A stretch of DNA of 62,315 nt, filler included, from Nemertoderma westbladi (lineage: Eukaryota; Animalia; Xenacoelomorpha): NCBI GenBank assembly GCA_032718475.1. It is 3 parts of 3 records of this genome, joined end to end, with 100 filler letters (N's around TTAATTAATTAA, not from the genome) between each part and the next. Parts side by side here need not be neighbours in the genome. Positions count along the whole stretch, not along the records: positions 25,685 to 43,082 come from JAUCBJ010008583.1; positions 43,183 to 62,315 come from JAUCBJ010002956.1; 1 more part is not named here. One strand, written 5' to 3'. The notes beneath the pieces are model-generated. The model searched no databases, was not told the DNA's origin, and worked only from the letters and a program-made list of their open reading frames with translations. This document shows positions 36,825 to 49,747 of this stretch, in pieces. Each line of letters begins with the position of its first letter. The stretch's first letter is position 1. The position numbers and the translations under genes are program-made.

Positions 36825-38250
36825 CCCGCCGAAGACCGTTTGATTCAGGTTATACCCAGGACCGTTTGGGTCAAATTGACCCACAGTCTCATATTATCAT
36901 ATTATTGATAAATATCATTCAAAATGACCAAAACTGAGGCATTATCAGTGTGGAAACTCATTTGCGACTTACGGCCCAGTTACTTAGGCTATTTACATCC
37001 GATTTGGTTTCAATAACGAGCGTAGCGAGTGACAGAACGAAACGAGAGTTTCTCATTTTGTTCAGATATGTACTGTAGTGCACCAGGTCCAGACACATTA
37101 CCGGTTACTGCATTATGAAAATCGCCCACACCAGGTAAAATTTAAGGAGTACCGCGCCAATCTGTACTGTTACGATACTGACGGTATCTGGTACAATCTG
37201 TACGCGTTACTGTACAGTACTATTGTACATAGAAATGTTGACGACTCCATCTGAACAAGCGTGTGTATCAAGACGAGTTTCATAATACAGTAATATCATT
37301 CACGTAACTACTCAGACTATTCACTTCACATTGGGATTGATTAATGAGCGAAGCGAGTGACACCAAAACCGAGGACCTAAAGCTATGGGACCTAAACGCT
37401 ACGTGACCTGATGACCTACTGTACTGCTACTGACCTAACTCAGTAACTGCCTAAATTATACAGATGTGTGGACCAAACGCTACCAGGCTGCCAGGCTACA
37501 TTGCCCACAAGAGATTCTCAAAAATGTTTCCATTTCAAGCACAACTTTTATATATTAGCCCAATTTATTAATTTATAGGCCTATAGGCAAATGACAGACA
37601 GAATGACTACTGGTTGCAAATAGGCGGTAGTCCTAGATAGCTAGATGATATATTTATGGCTATTATAGCCAGACAGCCAGATACTAGTCAGCCAGTCCCG
37701 GTAGCTTTAGGTCCTGGTGGCCTGGTAGCTTTTAGGTCCTGGTAGTACAGTAGCATTAGGTGCGATAGGCGTTATGTCCTGGCAGCCTAGCGTTAGTGCC
37801 GTGCCATTCGGTCAGTAAGTCCAGTCTGCCTAACCAAGCAGGTTAGTAAAGGAGCAGGTTACATAGACGAGTTGAAGGAACCAAAACTTAAACGAGAGTT
37901 AGGAATAATTTAATTGAGAATTAGGACCGATTTGGACCTACAGTAACGCTACATTACCACTGACTAGGCCTACACTTTGCAGCAGTTTGTAGGGCCTAAT
38001 TAAGACGTTCCATACAGGAAATATGGTTCATATGGTCAATATCTCCATATGTTTCCATATTACACATACACAAACACGCACCGACATACAAACAGACATA
38101 CAAACGGACGAATTGACTTTTCAATGTTGATTAAGCATCGCCCTGACTTGGAAAATTGACGTGTTTACATAATTCGACTTTGCACAATTGTTTATTATGA
38201 GTAAAATTATAATGGGTCATTTTGACCCAAACGGCCCTTGGCGTTGCCTA
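36825..38250. mobile_element. Degenerate piggyBac-like non-autonomous element
   Basis: TTAA-CCCGCCG left end; subterminal inverted repeat CCGTTTGGGTCAAATTGACCCA (about 36862) / TGGGTCATTTTGACCCAAACGG (about 38213); right TIR not found. Confidence 0.45.
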
Positions 38251-38379
38251 AATAATAAAAGTCAAATTAAAAAAAAGGGTCAAAGTAAAAGTTGTGACCC
38301 CATTACATTTGGATAGAGTATAAAAAAGTAGGAGAGGTCATGAAATATTGTGACCCCAATAATTATATTGAATTTTGTA

Positions 38380-40270
38380 CAGTACATGTAAACTTAGAAC
38401 TCGCAACAGTGGGCGTATGGCGGACTCCGAGTGGAAGAGAATTCCAAATATTGGGCGCAGCTACAGCGAAATATCGATTACAGTAGCTCTCTAGGTTAAA
38501 TCGTGGGATGATGGGGAGACCCTGGTCATTGGAGCGCAGTGGGCGTGGTTGATAGTGTGGATGCAAGAGATCAGTAAGATAGGCCGGACCCATATTACTG
38601 TATTAACCCTATTAAACCCGGGGGGGGGGGGTCAATATGACCCCCCCCGTGGTTTTTTTATTATAATTCTAAAACAAACGCAGTTGAGAATCTGACATTG
38701 TATGACTTTTCCTAAAAATCTATTGTCTTCCTAGTAGTGAAAACCGTTTTCAAAAATATTGGGTACTTTTCGAGTTATAGCACCATTTTTTAACCCTACT
38801 TTTGGCACTTTTTTTGAGACGTTTTTTGAAAATTACATTTCATTAAATATGAATTGTAACATCTCTATTTTTGATTTACACCGGTTTTTTGGTGTTAGAA
38901 ATTGGATGGAATACATATAAATTGATTTAGAAATTTCAAACTTGTTTTTTTCGGTGGGTGCTAAATTTTGGTGCCAGCACCAAATTTTGAAATATGTCAA
39001 TTTTGTAAATTGATTGTTTGAAACTTGTTTTTTACGCAATTGGGGTTTTTTGGGGTTCTGGATTCGATGAAATATATACGAGTTGCACCAAGCGTATCAA
39101 ACTTGTATTTTTCGGTGAGACTGTGTGCAAATTTTGGTGCTAGCACAAAATTTTGAAAATTCATTTAATAGATAAAATTGCTTGTGACAATTTATTTCTT
39201 GCGTTTTAGAGATTTACGGCTGTTCTGAATTCAATGGAATATATAATTATCGAACTAAACATCTCAAACTTGTATTTTTCGGATGTGGGTGCAAAATGTG
39301 GTGCTAGCACCAAATTATGAAAACCATCAAATATATCAATTGATTGTGTCACCTTGTTTCTTGCGCTATACGGGTTTGTGATGGTTCTGAATTTAATGGA
39401 ATCAGTAAAAATTTTATAAGAGTTCTCAAACTTGTATTTTTCGCCGGTGGGTGAAAATTATTGTGCTAGCACCAAATTTTGGAAAATATGCAAATTGATC
39501 AATAGATAGTATCACCTTGTTTCTTGCATTATATGGGTTTATGAGGGTCCTGAATCCGATGGAAACAATAAAAACAGCACTGGACATCGCAAACTTGTAC
39601 TTTTTGGTGATTGGTACGAAATTTGGTGCTAGCACCAAAATTTGCCAAATTACGCCGAAAAATACAAGTAGCAATGATCTGGCATATTAGAAATGTATTC
39701 CATTAGAATCAGCGCCCTCGAAAACTTGAAAATGTGAATTTATAGCATCGTATAAGTGAATTAAAAATTTTGTGTTCTAACTGAAAAGTGCTGGTTACTT
39801 GTTTTTTTCATTTTTTTCCTACGCAGAGGGGATTAAACAGCCATTTATAGTAATCATATCATTTTTAAATATTTTTCAATGTATTTTGCACCCCAGAAAA
39901 CCTGTATTGAAAAATAATTAGCCGAAAATGTAACTTTCAAATTTTGTGAAAATTGAGCACTACTTGTAATTTTGGTGCTGCAATATAACCACCCCAGTAC
40001 ATTTTTTCGAAAATTTTTTTTTTCGGTCGGATCCAGACAAGTGATACCTACGTACAAACAAAAAATCAGACGTTTTTGTAAACATTTGTAGATTTTAGAG
40101 GGGGGGGTCACTATGACCCCTCCCCGGTATTTGTACAACATTTTATAGCCCGGTACTAATAGGGTTAAGGCACACTTACTGTATATGTCAAAAGTGCAAA
40201 TTTATTATCAATACGGCGCAGAATAGGCAGCCAATGAAGATCAGGCAACACTGGTGTAATGTGCACTGTT
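38380..40270 (-). mobile_element. L2-clade LINE 3' ORF2 fragment, split by a MITE
   Basis: HITPVLPDLHWLPILRRIDNKI (about 40200-40265) continues past the insertion as GPAYLTDLL...LRS...FAVAAPNIWNSLP (38593 down). Confidence 0.8.
38607..40164. mobile_element. piggyBac-like MITE with TTAA TSD and internal repeats of about 163 bp
   Basis: TTAA at 38603-38606 and 40165-40168; TIR CCCTATTAAACCCGGG / CCCGGTACTAATAGGG; five internal units with palindrome TTTGGTGCTAGCACCAAA. Confidence 0.85.
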
Positions 40271-40381
40271 TTACCGAAACGTAACTTTATTGCCGAATTA
40301 CTACTGTACTCTTGCCGAACGTGATAGTTGCCGAAACGCGATGTAACTACTGCGTTGCGACGTACAGTACTTGTATGTAAG

Positions 40382-40785
40382 TGGTCGCCAGGCTCCCGCA
40401 GTCTGTCTGTAACTGGTCGCCAGGCGTTAGCAGTTGCCTGTATCTGGTAGCCAGGCGCTAGCAGTCTGCCTGTAACTGATATCCAGGCGCCAGCAGTCTG
40501 TCTATATCACTGTATCTGGTAGGCATGCGCTAGCAGTCTGCCTTATCTGGTATTCAGATGCCCGCAGTCTGTCTGTAACTGGTAGCCAGGCGCCAGCAGT
40601 CTGTCTGTATCTGGTAGCCAGGCGCCAGCAGTCTGCCTGTAACATGGTAGCCAGGTGCCAGGATTCTGTCTGTAACTGGTAGCCAGGCGCCAGCAGTCTG
40701 CCTGTAACTGGTAGCCAGGCCCCAGCAGTCTGCCTTTAACTGGTATCCAGACGCCCGCAGTCTGTCTGTAACTGGTAGCAGCAGT
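40382..40785. repeat. 32-bp minisatellite (CTGTAACTGGTAGCCAGGCGCCAGCAGTCTGC), about 12 degenerate copies
   Basis: Visible tandem periodicity. Confidence 0.9.
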
Positions 40786-41330
40786 CTTTCTGTGACAGTT
40801 AATCATAAGAATGTAATTTAAAGTGATAACTAACACACAGTGGTATCTATACTAAGGTACTAATAATTATTCTATAAAGGTCGTAATACTTGTCGCCTTT
40901 GATTGCCTTTATGAGACTTTATTCATTGCATAAGTAATTGCCTTTGTCAAAAGTGTATAAATAGGAGGAGTTTTAGGCATTAAAACCATTCTCTCTCAGA
41001 AAATTATCATAACTTTAGTTACAAAGTTATTTACAAATACTGTAAAAATGTTGCCCTTAAGTCTTAAACTATTTTCTCTGCTGTCAGCTCTTTTCCTACT
41101 CCAGGTAAGTTTATTTAATGCATAAAGTATTCATTTAGCGTTGTTATCTGAATTATTCATTTAATGATTTGCTCACGTGAAAAAAGAAACCCTTTATTAA
41201 GGATGTTAGATTTATTCATCAAAACAAAAAAAAATGTTTTCTCACAGAATTATTCCACAAACAGAAATTGTATTTAAACGGTTAACATCCTAGAGAGAGT
41301 GACAACGCATACATGACTGTAGCCAACAGC

Positions 41331-42925
41331 TGTGGGGCGTGCCACGAAGTGAGTGAGCCTTAGCGTAGTGGTCATTAATCAACCTGTCGTTCTGTCGTTC
41401 TGCCGCGTTCAATTTTAAACGTTAATAACTCGGCCAATCTTTGATGAAATCTATCCAAACTTGGTACACATGTTGTTTGGCAAAAGTTTAGAAATTTTCC
41501 AAGTAGTATTTCCGTGTGGCCTTCGAGAAGCTAAGATAATAGCAGTTAATTAGTTAATTAAGTTGATTACGGTAAAAACACCATTTTCAACCTGCCTGTT
41601 AAAGGAAATTAATTGTTTTACAGTATAAGATTTAAATAATTATACTTAAAAATTATACAGATGTAATCCACATACGCCATTCTATTATAGTTTTTAATTA
41701 GTTCAAGTGATTTGCTTTATTAATTGTGTCTTTAATTGATCTAAAGTAATTAAAACGTCATAAAAAATTGATTCTCATTAAATACTGCTCATTTATTGGC
41801 TAACATGCTGGTACGATGGAAGGATGTGTGTGTAAGGCAGCTGCTAGTTGCTGGGAATGATTATTGGTCAAGTCTCTGCTGGTGTGGAGCTAGCTGGGAG
41901 TTGTGGCTGTAGACTAACCAGAGAGAAATTGTAATAGGCAACCAGTATTGCTATTCCAGCCCAGGCAGCATTCCAACATCCCAACATCCTTCCTGTATTG
42001 ACTCTACTATGTGTTGTATTGCTATCTCAGGTAAATGACAGATATAATAACATAAATACCATCCATGGCATGGCTGTTGTGTAGGCTTATATGAAATAGT
42101 TTATTCCACAATGTATATGTCTGGTTATTTTTTAATTGAATTTTTGCAAAGTAGTAAAATTAATGTTCTTAAAAATAATATTATTATTTTATATGTAACC
42201 TAGGAAATTAGCTACATTTTTTCGCTGCAGCTTTAAGAGTGTACATTGATTTAATATTATTTCAATACCCATATTACTACATCGGCATAAGATGCGTTGG
42301 CGTTGTATCACACATCTCCACATATCACACATCTCCACATAGATGTATCGCACAGTTTCGAAACTTCGCATAGTTATAACTGTATAAAGATCGTCAGTCT
42401 GCGTTTAGGAAAAATATTTTATGACAAAACAGGACAAGCGACGAGCGCAACGAGGCATATAATGAAGACGAGTACCTCGTTGACTAAATTATTATATAAA
42501 CCACCTGGCTTCACATATTGATCGCATCCCTAATTATTATTATTATAAATATCGTCAGCCTGCGTTTAAGAAATATATTCAAATACAAAACAGGACGAAC
42601 GCAAAGAGGCTTATAATGAAAACGAGTACTGCGTTTATTATATTCCTATAAACCACCTGGCTTTGCATATTTAACGTGCGATTGGAAATAAGTTCGTGCT
42701 ACCCTTCCGTGGGTGGTAGATGTCCCGGTTATGTATTGGTGGTTGGGAAGGTTGGGGGGGGGGGGGGGGGGGATTAAAAGGGGTGAACACGTACTGTCCC
42801 CCTTTCTTTGATTGATTGGTGGTGTGGGTAAATTTCTCAAAACCTGATTTTGTGATACAGTCGCTCAATTTTAATTTGTATCTAATAACTGGGCCTCGTG
42901 CTGCGCGAAGGCCCCACGAACGTGT
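41331..42925 (+). mobile_element. Helentron/DINE-1-like non-autonomous element, copy 1
   Basis: 5' TGTGGGGCGTGCCACGAAG...GAGCCTTAGCG, short (CTGTCGTT) repeat, 3' GTGCTGCGCGAAGGCCCCACGAACGTG; ends shared with copies 2 and 3. Confidence 0.6.
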
Positions 42926-43082
42926 GTACCTGTACAGGCAGGTAAACAGATTGGCCATAGCTAGCTAAAGAGATGGAAATCTGAATTCCCTACTATTCAG
43001 TCTATTATTGTACGAACGGATGAAGTGGTAGGCATTCACCAGCGGCAGCATAGTGTAAAGATGATAGAAAAAATAAAGTTTT

Positions 43083-43182
43083 NNNNNNNNNNNNNNNNNN
43101 NNNNNNNNNNNNNNNNNNNNNNNNNNTTAATTAATTAANNNNNNNNNNNNNNNNNNNNNNNNNNNNNNNNNNNNNNNNNNNN
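43083..43182. other. Artificial assembly linker N44-TTAATTAATTAA-N44
   Basis: Same 100-nt linker as 25585-25684. Confidence 0.97.
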
Positions 43183-45180
43183 AGAAGCGAACTTAGATCC
43201 CCACGTTGAAAGCAAAGCGAACTTTTATCTTAGGTGAACTAAGATCCCAATTTATACAAATTCCTTTCGATATCGTTATCGATATCGATAATATCGTTCT
43301 ATCGATATTATACTGTATTATACTATACTGTGTTGCATTAAGTATTTAAAAGTTCTTACAGTATAATGATCTAATGACTAATGCAAATAAGTCATACCAA
43401 GGCCCGTACTACAAGGTCTGCTCACCCCCTTCATCAGCTAGCTGATCAAAGAATAAGTCATAGATTTTTTTGAATTTTGAATAAAATTATAATATTACGT
43501 AAATTGCTAGCTACATAGCTACCTGTATTTCATGCAAAAGCAAAGACAATTTAAATGGGATATTATGCAAGATGCATGCATAACAAACAAAAGTGTCACA
43601 CTTTTCTATTGGTACCAATAAATCGCGATAATAAGGTTCAAGAATAACTGCGTAGTATAACTTTTGAAATATCACCGGAGACACGTTTTTCAAACGCATG
43701 TAGCTAAAGATTGAAAGCAAAAGAAAAAATTCTGGCTCACCCAGCAAGGATGAGGGAGGTGAAACTATCTTTGTTTCAAATTTCATGCGATCTAATTAAG
43801 ATTTGTAGAAAAATTTAGGGGTGGCATGGAACTGAATAATGACACTATATTCCAGGACATGGTCTTGGCAGCTTGGTGGGGTCTTGCGTCTCGACAGCCC
43901 CAGGTACATGTCAGCCGGTAGTGCGCCCTGCACCCTGTTATCAGCCTATACCAGTAGTATCCACTATCCTGCTATCTGCCTTTGCCTATATTCCTGTATT
44001 CTGTATTGGCCTACACATGTACGGTACAGCGGTACGGGGTAGGGTACGGTAGGTCTATGCAGTATACTTCTGTACTTGTATACAAAAAGACAATACCTGA
44101 ATGCAGCAATATATATATTAATAATAATATATATTGCTGTATTGAGTCTTAGTGTTCCTTCGGCAGTTCGGGCTTCGGCTAGTCGGCAGGTGGCAGTGGT
44201 GTAACTTTTCCGTAAAGGTAGAAAGGTGTAGCCGTGTAGGCCTAGGCCGTCTAAACTAAACACCCAATCTGCCAATTCACACCAAATTGCAAATTGACAA
44301 AATCACAACAAATCACACAAAATAACTCAAAAAATTGTAATTTTTATTTTTTTTCAAATCGTTTATTGTTTTGGTTCCTTCTGGTTACCACGGTACCCGG
44401 CCGCATCTCATTTTAAATTTAATACGCATATATTTTATCTCATTTTTACGACATCAAGTCCGACAGTCCGACCCTTTTATTAATACGTATATAGGCCTAT
44501 ATATTTCATCTTATTTTAATACACATACAGACATATTTCTATCTAATTTCATATAACATCCAGTCTTCTGACCCTTTTAACTTCTTCGTTTAATCTCATA
44601 ATTAGCACGGCCTTTTTGAGACCAATTACATACGGTCAGACGGTAATAATTTTAATTCGGTGTATTTTAATGTACCTTAATTAATTATTAACTCATATTT
44701 TAAACTAAGTACAGAAGTAATAATGTATGCAATCTATGTAATGCTGTAATGTATAATACTATAAAGCTATATGCTATAGTTACATTGGTGTAAATTTGGT
44801 GTAAAAATAAAATGGTGTAAAGTTATATTAATAATAATATTTTTTATTAATAATACTAATACAGTTAAAAAAAATTTTAAAGTAAAGGCAGAAAGGAGCA
44901 GGTTACCGCTACCGGCGGACCGGTCAGCCGGTACAGTGTACCGGTAGCGGTAACCTGCTCCTTTACTTTTAAATTTTTTTTTGTGATTTGGTATCATTCG
45001 GTGTGATTTGGTTTTGGAATTATTTTTTGTGATTTGGCTGTTTGGTTCTGTCGTTTGTGATTTGGTGTAATTTGGTCAGTTGGTCGTGGGGTTTAGGCTT
45101 CCAGCTTCCACCTGTCCAGTCCACTGTTAGGCGGGCCCCGGAAAAGACGTAACTCTTCAGTAACTCTAGCAGTGTGCTGG

Positions 45181-46105
45181 CGGTCCGACGAATCTGTACA
45201 AAAAAGTACAAAAAAGTACAAAATAGTACAATATAGTACAATAAAGTGCAAAAATAGTGCAAAAATAGTACAAAAGAGTACAAACGAGTGATAAACGTGT
45301 ATACCAGTCTGCCAGTGCCAGTGTAGTATACACATACACTACACTACACTACACTTGTATATAAATATAATTAATTGTAAGCAAATGCAACGGGACCGAA
45401 ATATGCGCCGCTACAGTGTCAATCACTGCGGCCTTGGTTCTGTGGTCAGTACGAAATGATTGACAGAACTTTGATTCATGTAGATTTTGACTGGCTAACA
45501 AGTAGAAATAGGCTACAGTTCGTATAATATGTAATACAATATAGGCATAGGCCTAATGCAATACTATGCAGAGGGTACCGGTAGATAATACTCCTATAAC
45601 TGAGACTCAAAATTTAGGTCATAGTCTTAAAGTAGCCCATATACTGAACACTGAAGGATAGACTGTATGCTACATTATGTAGGCTATATATGTCTGTATG
45701 TACGCCTCTATCTGCAACTTTATTGAGTTCTCTCTCTGCAATTTTGCGGGCTTGGGACCGTTTTTTGTGTTTTTTGAACACAAAAGGCTGCATTAAAACT
45801 CATAAGATTGTATTGTAATAGCTGAATAGGGGCCTACTCTCTGACTGCTAGACAGCTAGATCAGCCCCTGCTCAATGCATGGCTCGCCCCACAAATCAGA
45901 CAATGCTTTGTTTTATTTTCCACATCGTGTGCGCCCCTCTAAACGATTTGAACTACACTTGGATACACGTTTTGCAAGCATTTCTCACTCGTTTGTACTC
46001 TTTTGTACTATTTTTGCACTCTTTTGTACTATTTTTGCACTTAATTGTACTCTTTTGTATTCTTTTGTACTATATTGTACTTTTTTGTACAAATTCGTCG
46101 GACTC
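45181..46105. mobile_element. Mutator-type (MULE/foldback) MITE
   Basis: About 110-bp TIRs made of roughly 10-bp AGTACAAAA subrepeats; 9-bp TSD GTGTGCTGG at 45172-45180 and 46106-46114. Confidence 0.8.
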
Positions 46106-46494
46106 GTGTGCTGGTGTGGCCCTTAAGGCTTAACGTACCTGTATGGTACTCCAGTACTCGTCCGTCTCTCTGTCTGTACAGCCAGACAGCTGTACGGTAT
46201 ACGGCAGTACGGTACCGCTGGCGCCGGTAGGTACTGGTACCGCCAGACCGCGTAGGTAGGTCTAATCAATAATGATACAGGCAATGGCAGACAGAGTTGA
46301 TGATTTTTGTATATTACATTCTGGCTGGCTGGCGGCTGAGTAACCCTGTAAACTGATTTTATGGTCAAAAAACTCAAAAGACACCCGAGGGCCGAGGCCA
46401 GTAGTTCTATCTACCCCTTCACCCTACCACATACCCCTACACAGCCTGGCCTGACACCCTAACCGGTCGTTTTATCCTACCCTCCAAATGTGTA

Positions 46495-46545
46495 ATGACA
46501 GCTAAAGCAATATTTAGTTGTGCATCGAGTTCCCATCCGTTCCAG
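46495..46545 (+). CDS. SLMAP: SLMAP (sarcolemmal membrane-associated protein, STRIPAK) coding exon 1
   Basis: MTAKAIFSCASSSHPFQ matches the SLMAP N-terminus (AIFTCRPNSHPFQ); CAG|GTAAGT donor. Confidence 0.88.
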
Positions 46546-47162
46546 GTAAGTCAAGTCAACTTTACAGCTTTAGGACAAGGCGCTAGGCTGAGGCCAAGCC
46601 TAACTTTATCAGAATCCGATTCAGACTCGTATCCACTATGTTTGTTTGTCCTAAATCCTGAAATGTCTTACCATAATTATTATAGTGTTTCCAATCTATT
46701 GAAGGTCATTTTATTTATCTATGTTTGTTTTGTACTGTCTGACTGTTTTCCGTTAAAATACATTTTCTAGGACATACCATACTGTACATTGGTTTGTTGC
46801 CTTTACCTTTTCCTTACACTTCATATGTTATATTTTAATGCTATCGGCTATCCTTAGTGCTTGTTTTAACTGATTTAATGTCAAATAAAAAATTCCAATT
46901 CCAATTCCATCTTTAATACTGTAATAGGTCTTACCGGTAAAATAAAGGCTGGTTATTCGATAAATATTATTCGAAAAAGCCTTTTTCAAATAAATACTTC
47001 GACTCTCCACGACCGACCATTGATTTAAATTTTCATCCTTTATATATCAGTTTATTCCCGAATTATTTTACATGCTGTACCTGTCTCCTGTATGTTGTAT
47101 GTTGTATGTTGATCCCATTTCCCTTTAGACCAACCATTTACTGTTATTGCTATTTATTACAG

Positions 47163-47300
47163 GAACGCGTTGTCCAGCTGACCGAACCGATAAAGATTGG
47201 CCGCTCTGTGGCGCGGGCCAAACCTTCGCTAAACAACTCAATATTCGATTGTAAGGTTCTATCCAGGAACCACGCTCTTCTTTGGTACGAGAATGGCAAG
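47163..47300 (+). CDS. SLMAP: SLMAP coding exon 2 (FHA domain)
   Basis: [46 protein letters not shown]; AG/GT flanks. Confidence 0.95.
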
Positions 47301-47378
47301 GTAGGCCACCTTTTGTCAGTCATTTCTCAGTTCCGATAATCGAAGTTATTTTATTTATTTCTAGATTTATATCTGCAA

Positions 47379-48510
47379 TAGAGTTGCAACGGGATCCCGA
47401 TCCCGAAATCGGGATCCAGATGGAATATCCTTATCCTGTCTGCCTGTCCCGATCCCGAAGAAAAAATATCGGGATTTGCAATATCTCAATTTATATGCCC
47501 TGCAGCTTAAAATTGTAAAATTGTATAAAAATGTTCAATTTTCCCCAATAACAAAATAAAATGTATTAATGAATAATAAAGTAAAAGTATAGGTAACGGT
47601 TTCGCTTTTACAACTGCCTACAGTGCTACAGAGATATATATATTCCTGAATGTCTATATTATAAATAATAGAAACACTTGCTGCTATGATTTTTATTGAA
47701 TATGATAAACATTTTTATGTGGCAGCTGGTTTCACTGTGTAAAGTACAATGCACACATCTCCAACCAGACATTATATAACATTGGAGGTGTCTCATTGGT
47801 TCCCCCAAGCTTGACATTAGAACAAAGCCGCCTCCGCTTTGCAGGACATTGCTTTCGCCATGAGGACCAGCCAGTGCATAATCTTGTGCTTTGGTAGCCT
47901 CATGGAGTGAAGAATAGTGGACAGCCCATGACTTTCGTGGGACGTATCTTAAAGGACACTGGCCTTGAAGGTGTGGATAATCTCGCGAAAGTCGTGGGGG
48001 ATAGGGAGTTGTGGCGGTGCGACTTTGTTGATAAGCCAGCACAGCATTCTTAATGCACGCTGCATTGGGCTTGCCAATTGTGGAGTACATGGTGGTGACA
48101 AAATGTTTTTGTTAAGCCGGCACATCTCAATGTGCAGCTTCGATGCAGCAGGCCGATTATATTATAGAGATGTGGCAGCGATTCAGTCAGACTGCAGTAG
48201 CTATATTAACAATTTTGCAGAAATGATATTAAAAACGTATGTGAAATTAAATACGTACGTGGTAAATAAACTAAGTCTGACAAGGACAACCATTTGAAAA
48301 AAGTTTGTGGACATTTTTACATTACTTTTACATTATTTTACATTATTTTTACATTTTTTAGAACATGAGATTTATCGATTTGATGAGATTTTACTCCTAT
48401 AAAGTGGGCAAGGCAGATAGATATTTTAAGTTTTTGATGAGTTAATGGTCGCAATAGAATTAAAAATCCCGATCCCGAAAATTGTGCATCCCGATCCCGT
48501 TGCAACACTA
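47379..48510. mobile_element. hAT-type non-autonomous element in SLMAP intron 2
   Basis: TIR TAGAGTTGCAACGGGATC / GATCCCGTTGCAACACTA; ATCCCG subterminal repeats; degenerate 8-bp TSD ATCTGCAA / ATCTACAC. Confidence 0.75.
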
Positions 48511-48667
48511 ATCTACACGTCAGGCTCTGTAAATGCTCTCGAGGTCTATTATTTTATCTGATGCCGTAACTTTTTTTACTGAGAACTTTTTTCCACTTTC
48601 TCCATTCATTACCCCCCCCCCCCCCCCCCCCCAACCATTCATTTCATCTAAGTTGCGTTTTTTGTAG

Positions 48668-48815
48668 TTTTTCCTGCAGGACACGAAGAGCAGCAACGGG
48701 ACGTTCGTTAACAATCAGCGGTTGAGTAAAGGTTCGGAAGAGAGCGCCCCGTTCGAGATATTCTCTCGGGATACCGTCCAGTTTGGTGTGGATGTAGTGG
48801 AGAACCAAAGGAGAG
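48668..48815 (+). CDS. SLMAP: SLMAP coding exon 3 (FHA domain)
   Basis: [26 protein letters not shown]...[13 protein letters not shown]; phase-1 donor at 48816. Confidence 0.95.
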
Positions 48816-49346
48816 GTTGGTTGTCCGGACTACTAATATACACGGGATATAGTGTACCTGCTACCATGGTACCTGATCAACCCCCACCCCCCAAATAAAA
48901 ATTATTCTACTAATCGTAATGAGATTGCATGAAATTTGAAACAGAGATAATTTCATCTCCCTCCTCCTTAGTGGGTGAGCCATAATTTTTATTTTTGCTT
49001 TCTATCTTTAGCTACAAGCGTTTAAAAAAGTGTCTCCGTCGGTATTACACCAGTTTTTACACCGCAGTTATTCTTCAACGTTATAGTACTTGGTACTAGT
49101 GGAAAGCTGGCCGTGCAAGGATTCCAAATATATAAAATATTTGAATTTGGTCGGGAAATAGCTGAGATATTGACATTCAAACGTTACATAGTTTTGCACC
49201 TGCAAGCGAGGGTATTTTATTCTATTAAATAAATAAACCATATTCTGGAACTGAACAGTTACTTTGTAGCGCTGTTGGTTGCTGGACACCATAATCTTTT
49301 GATGATCTTCCCTTTCATTATAATTGTTTATATGTTTGTTCCCTAG

Positions 49347-49747
49347 TAACCCATGGATGTATCATAGTAACGACGAGTCTGTACCATCCTGATGGGTCGG
49401 AGGTGCAGCGGATTGCTGGACCCACCCAACACACCGCTACGGTACCGATGGGACACGCGATATCAACGCAACAGCTGTACCAACTGTCCCAATACCTAGA
49501 GGAAGCCAGCCATCGCGAACAGATGCTGGAGACTAAACTCGCGACTCTTCAGCGGATAATGGCGGAGACCCAGGAGTGTTCCGAGGGTTCCTGGCAGGCG
49601 TTAATAGACGAGGACCGGCTGCTATCCCGCCTGGAAGCCATGGAGGCCCAACTGCAGATATACAGTAAAAACCACAGCGAAGATTCGTTACGAAAGGAAG
49701 TCGAGGCCATCCATATAGAGAAACAGAACTACGAGACATCAGCTAAG
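49347..49747 (+). CDS. SLMAP: SLMAP coding exon 4
   Basis: VTHGCII...LYQLSQYLEEASHREQMLETKLATLQR...SWQALIDEDRLLSRLE...NYETSAK; AAG|GTAATC donor. Confidence 0.95.

Noticed and set aside
47360-47378. TAG-AT-TTA TAT CTG CAA (LYLQ) as a relic exon 3 start broken by the hAT element
   Set aside because: Sequence after the element does not continue as DTKSS and the phase is wrong; the true exon is intact at 48668
47659-48297. ORFs inside the hAT element as a transposase
   Set aside because: No BED finger, DDE or hATC motifs recognised
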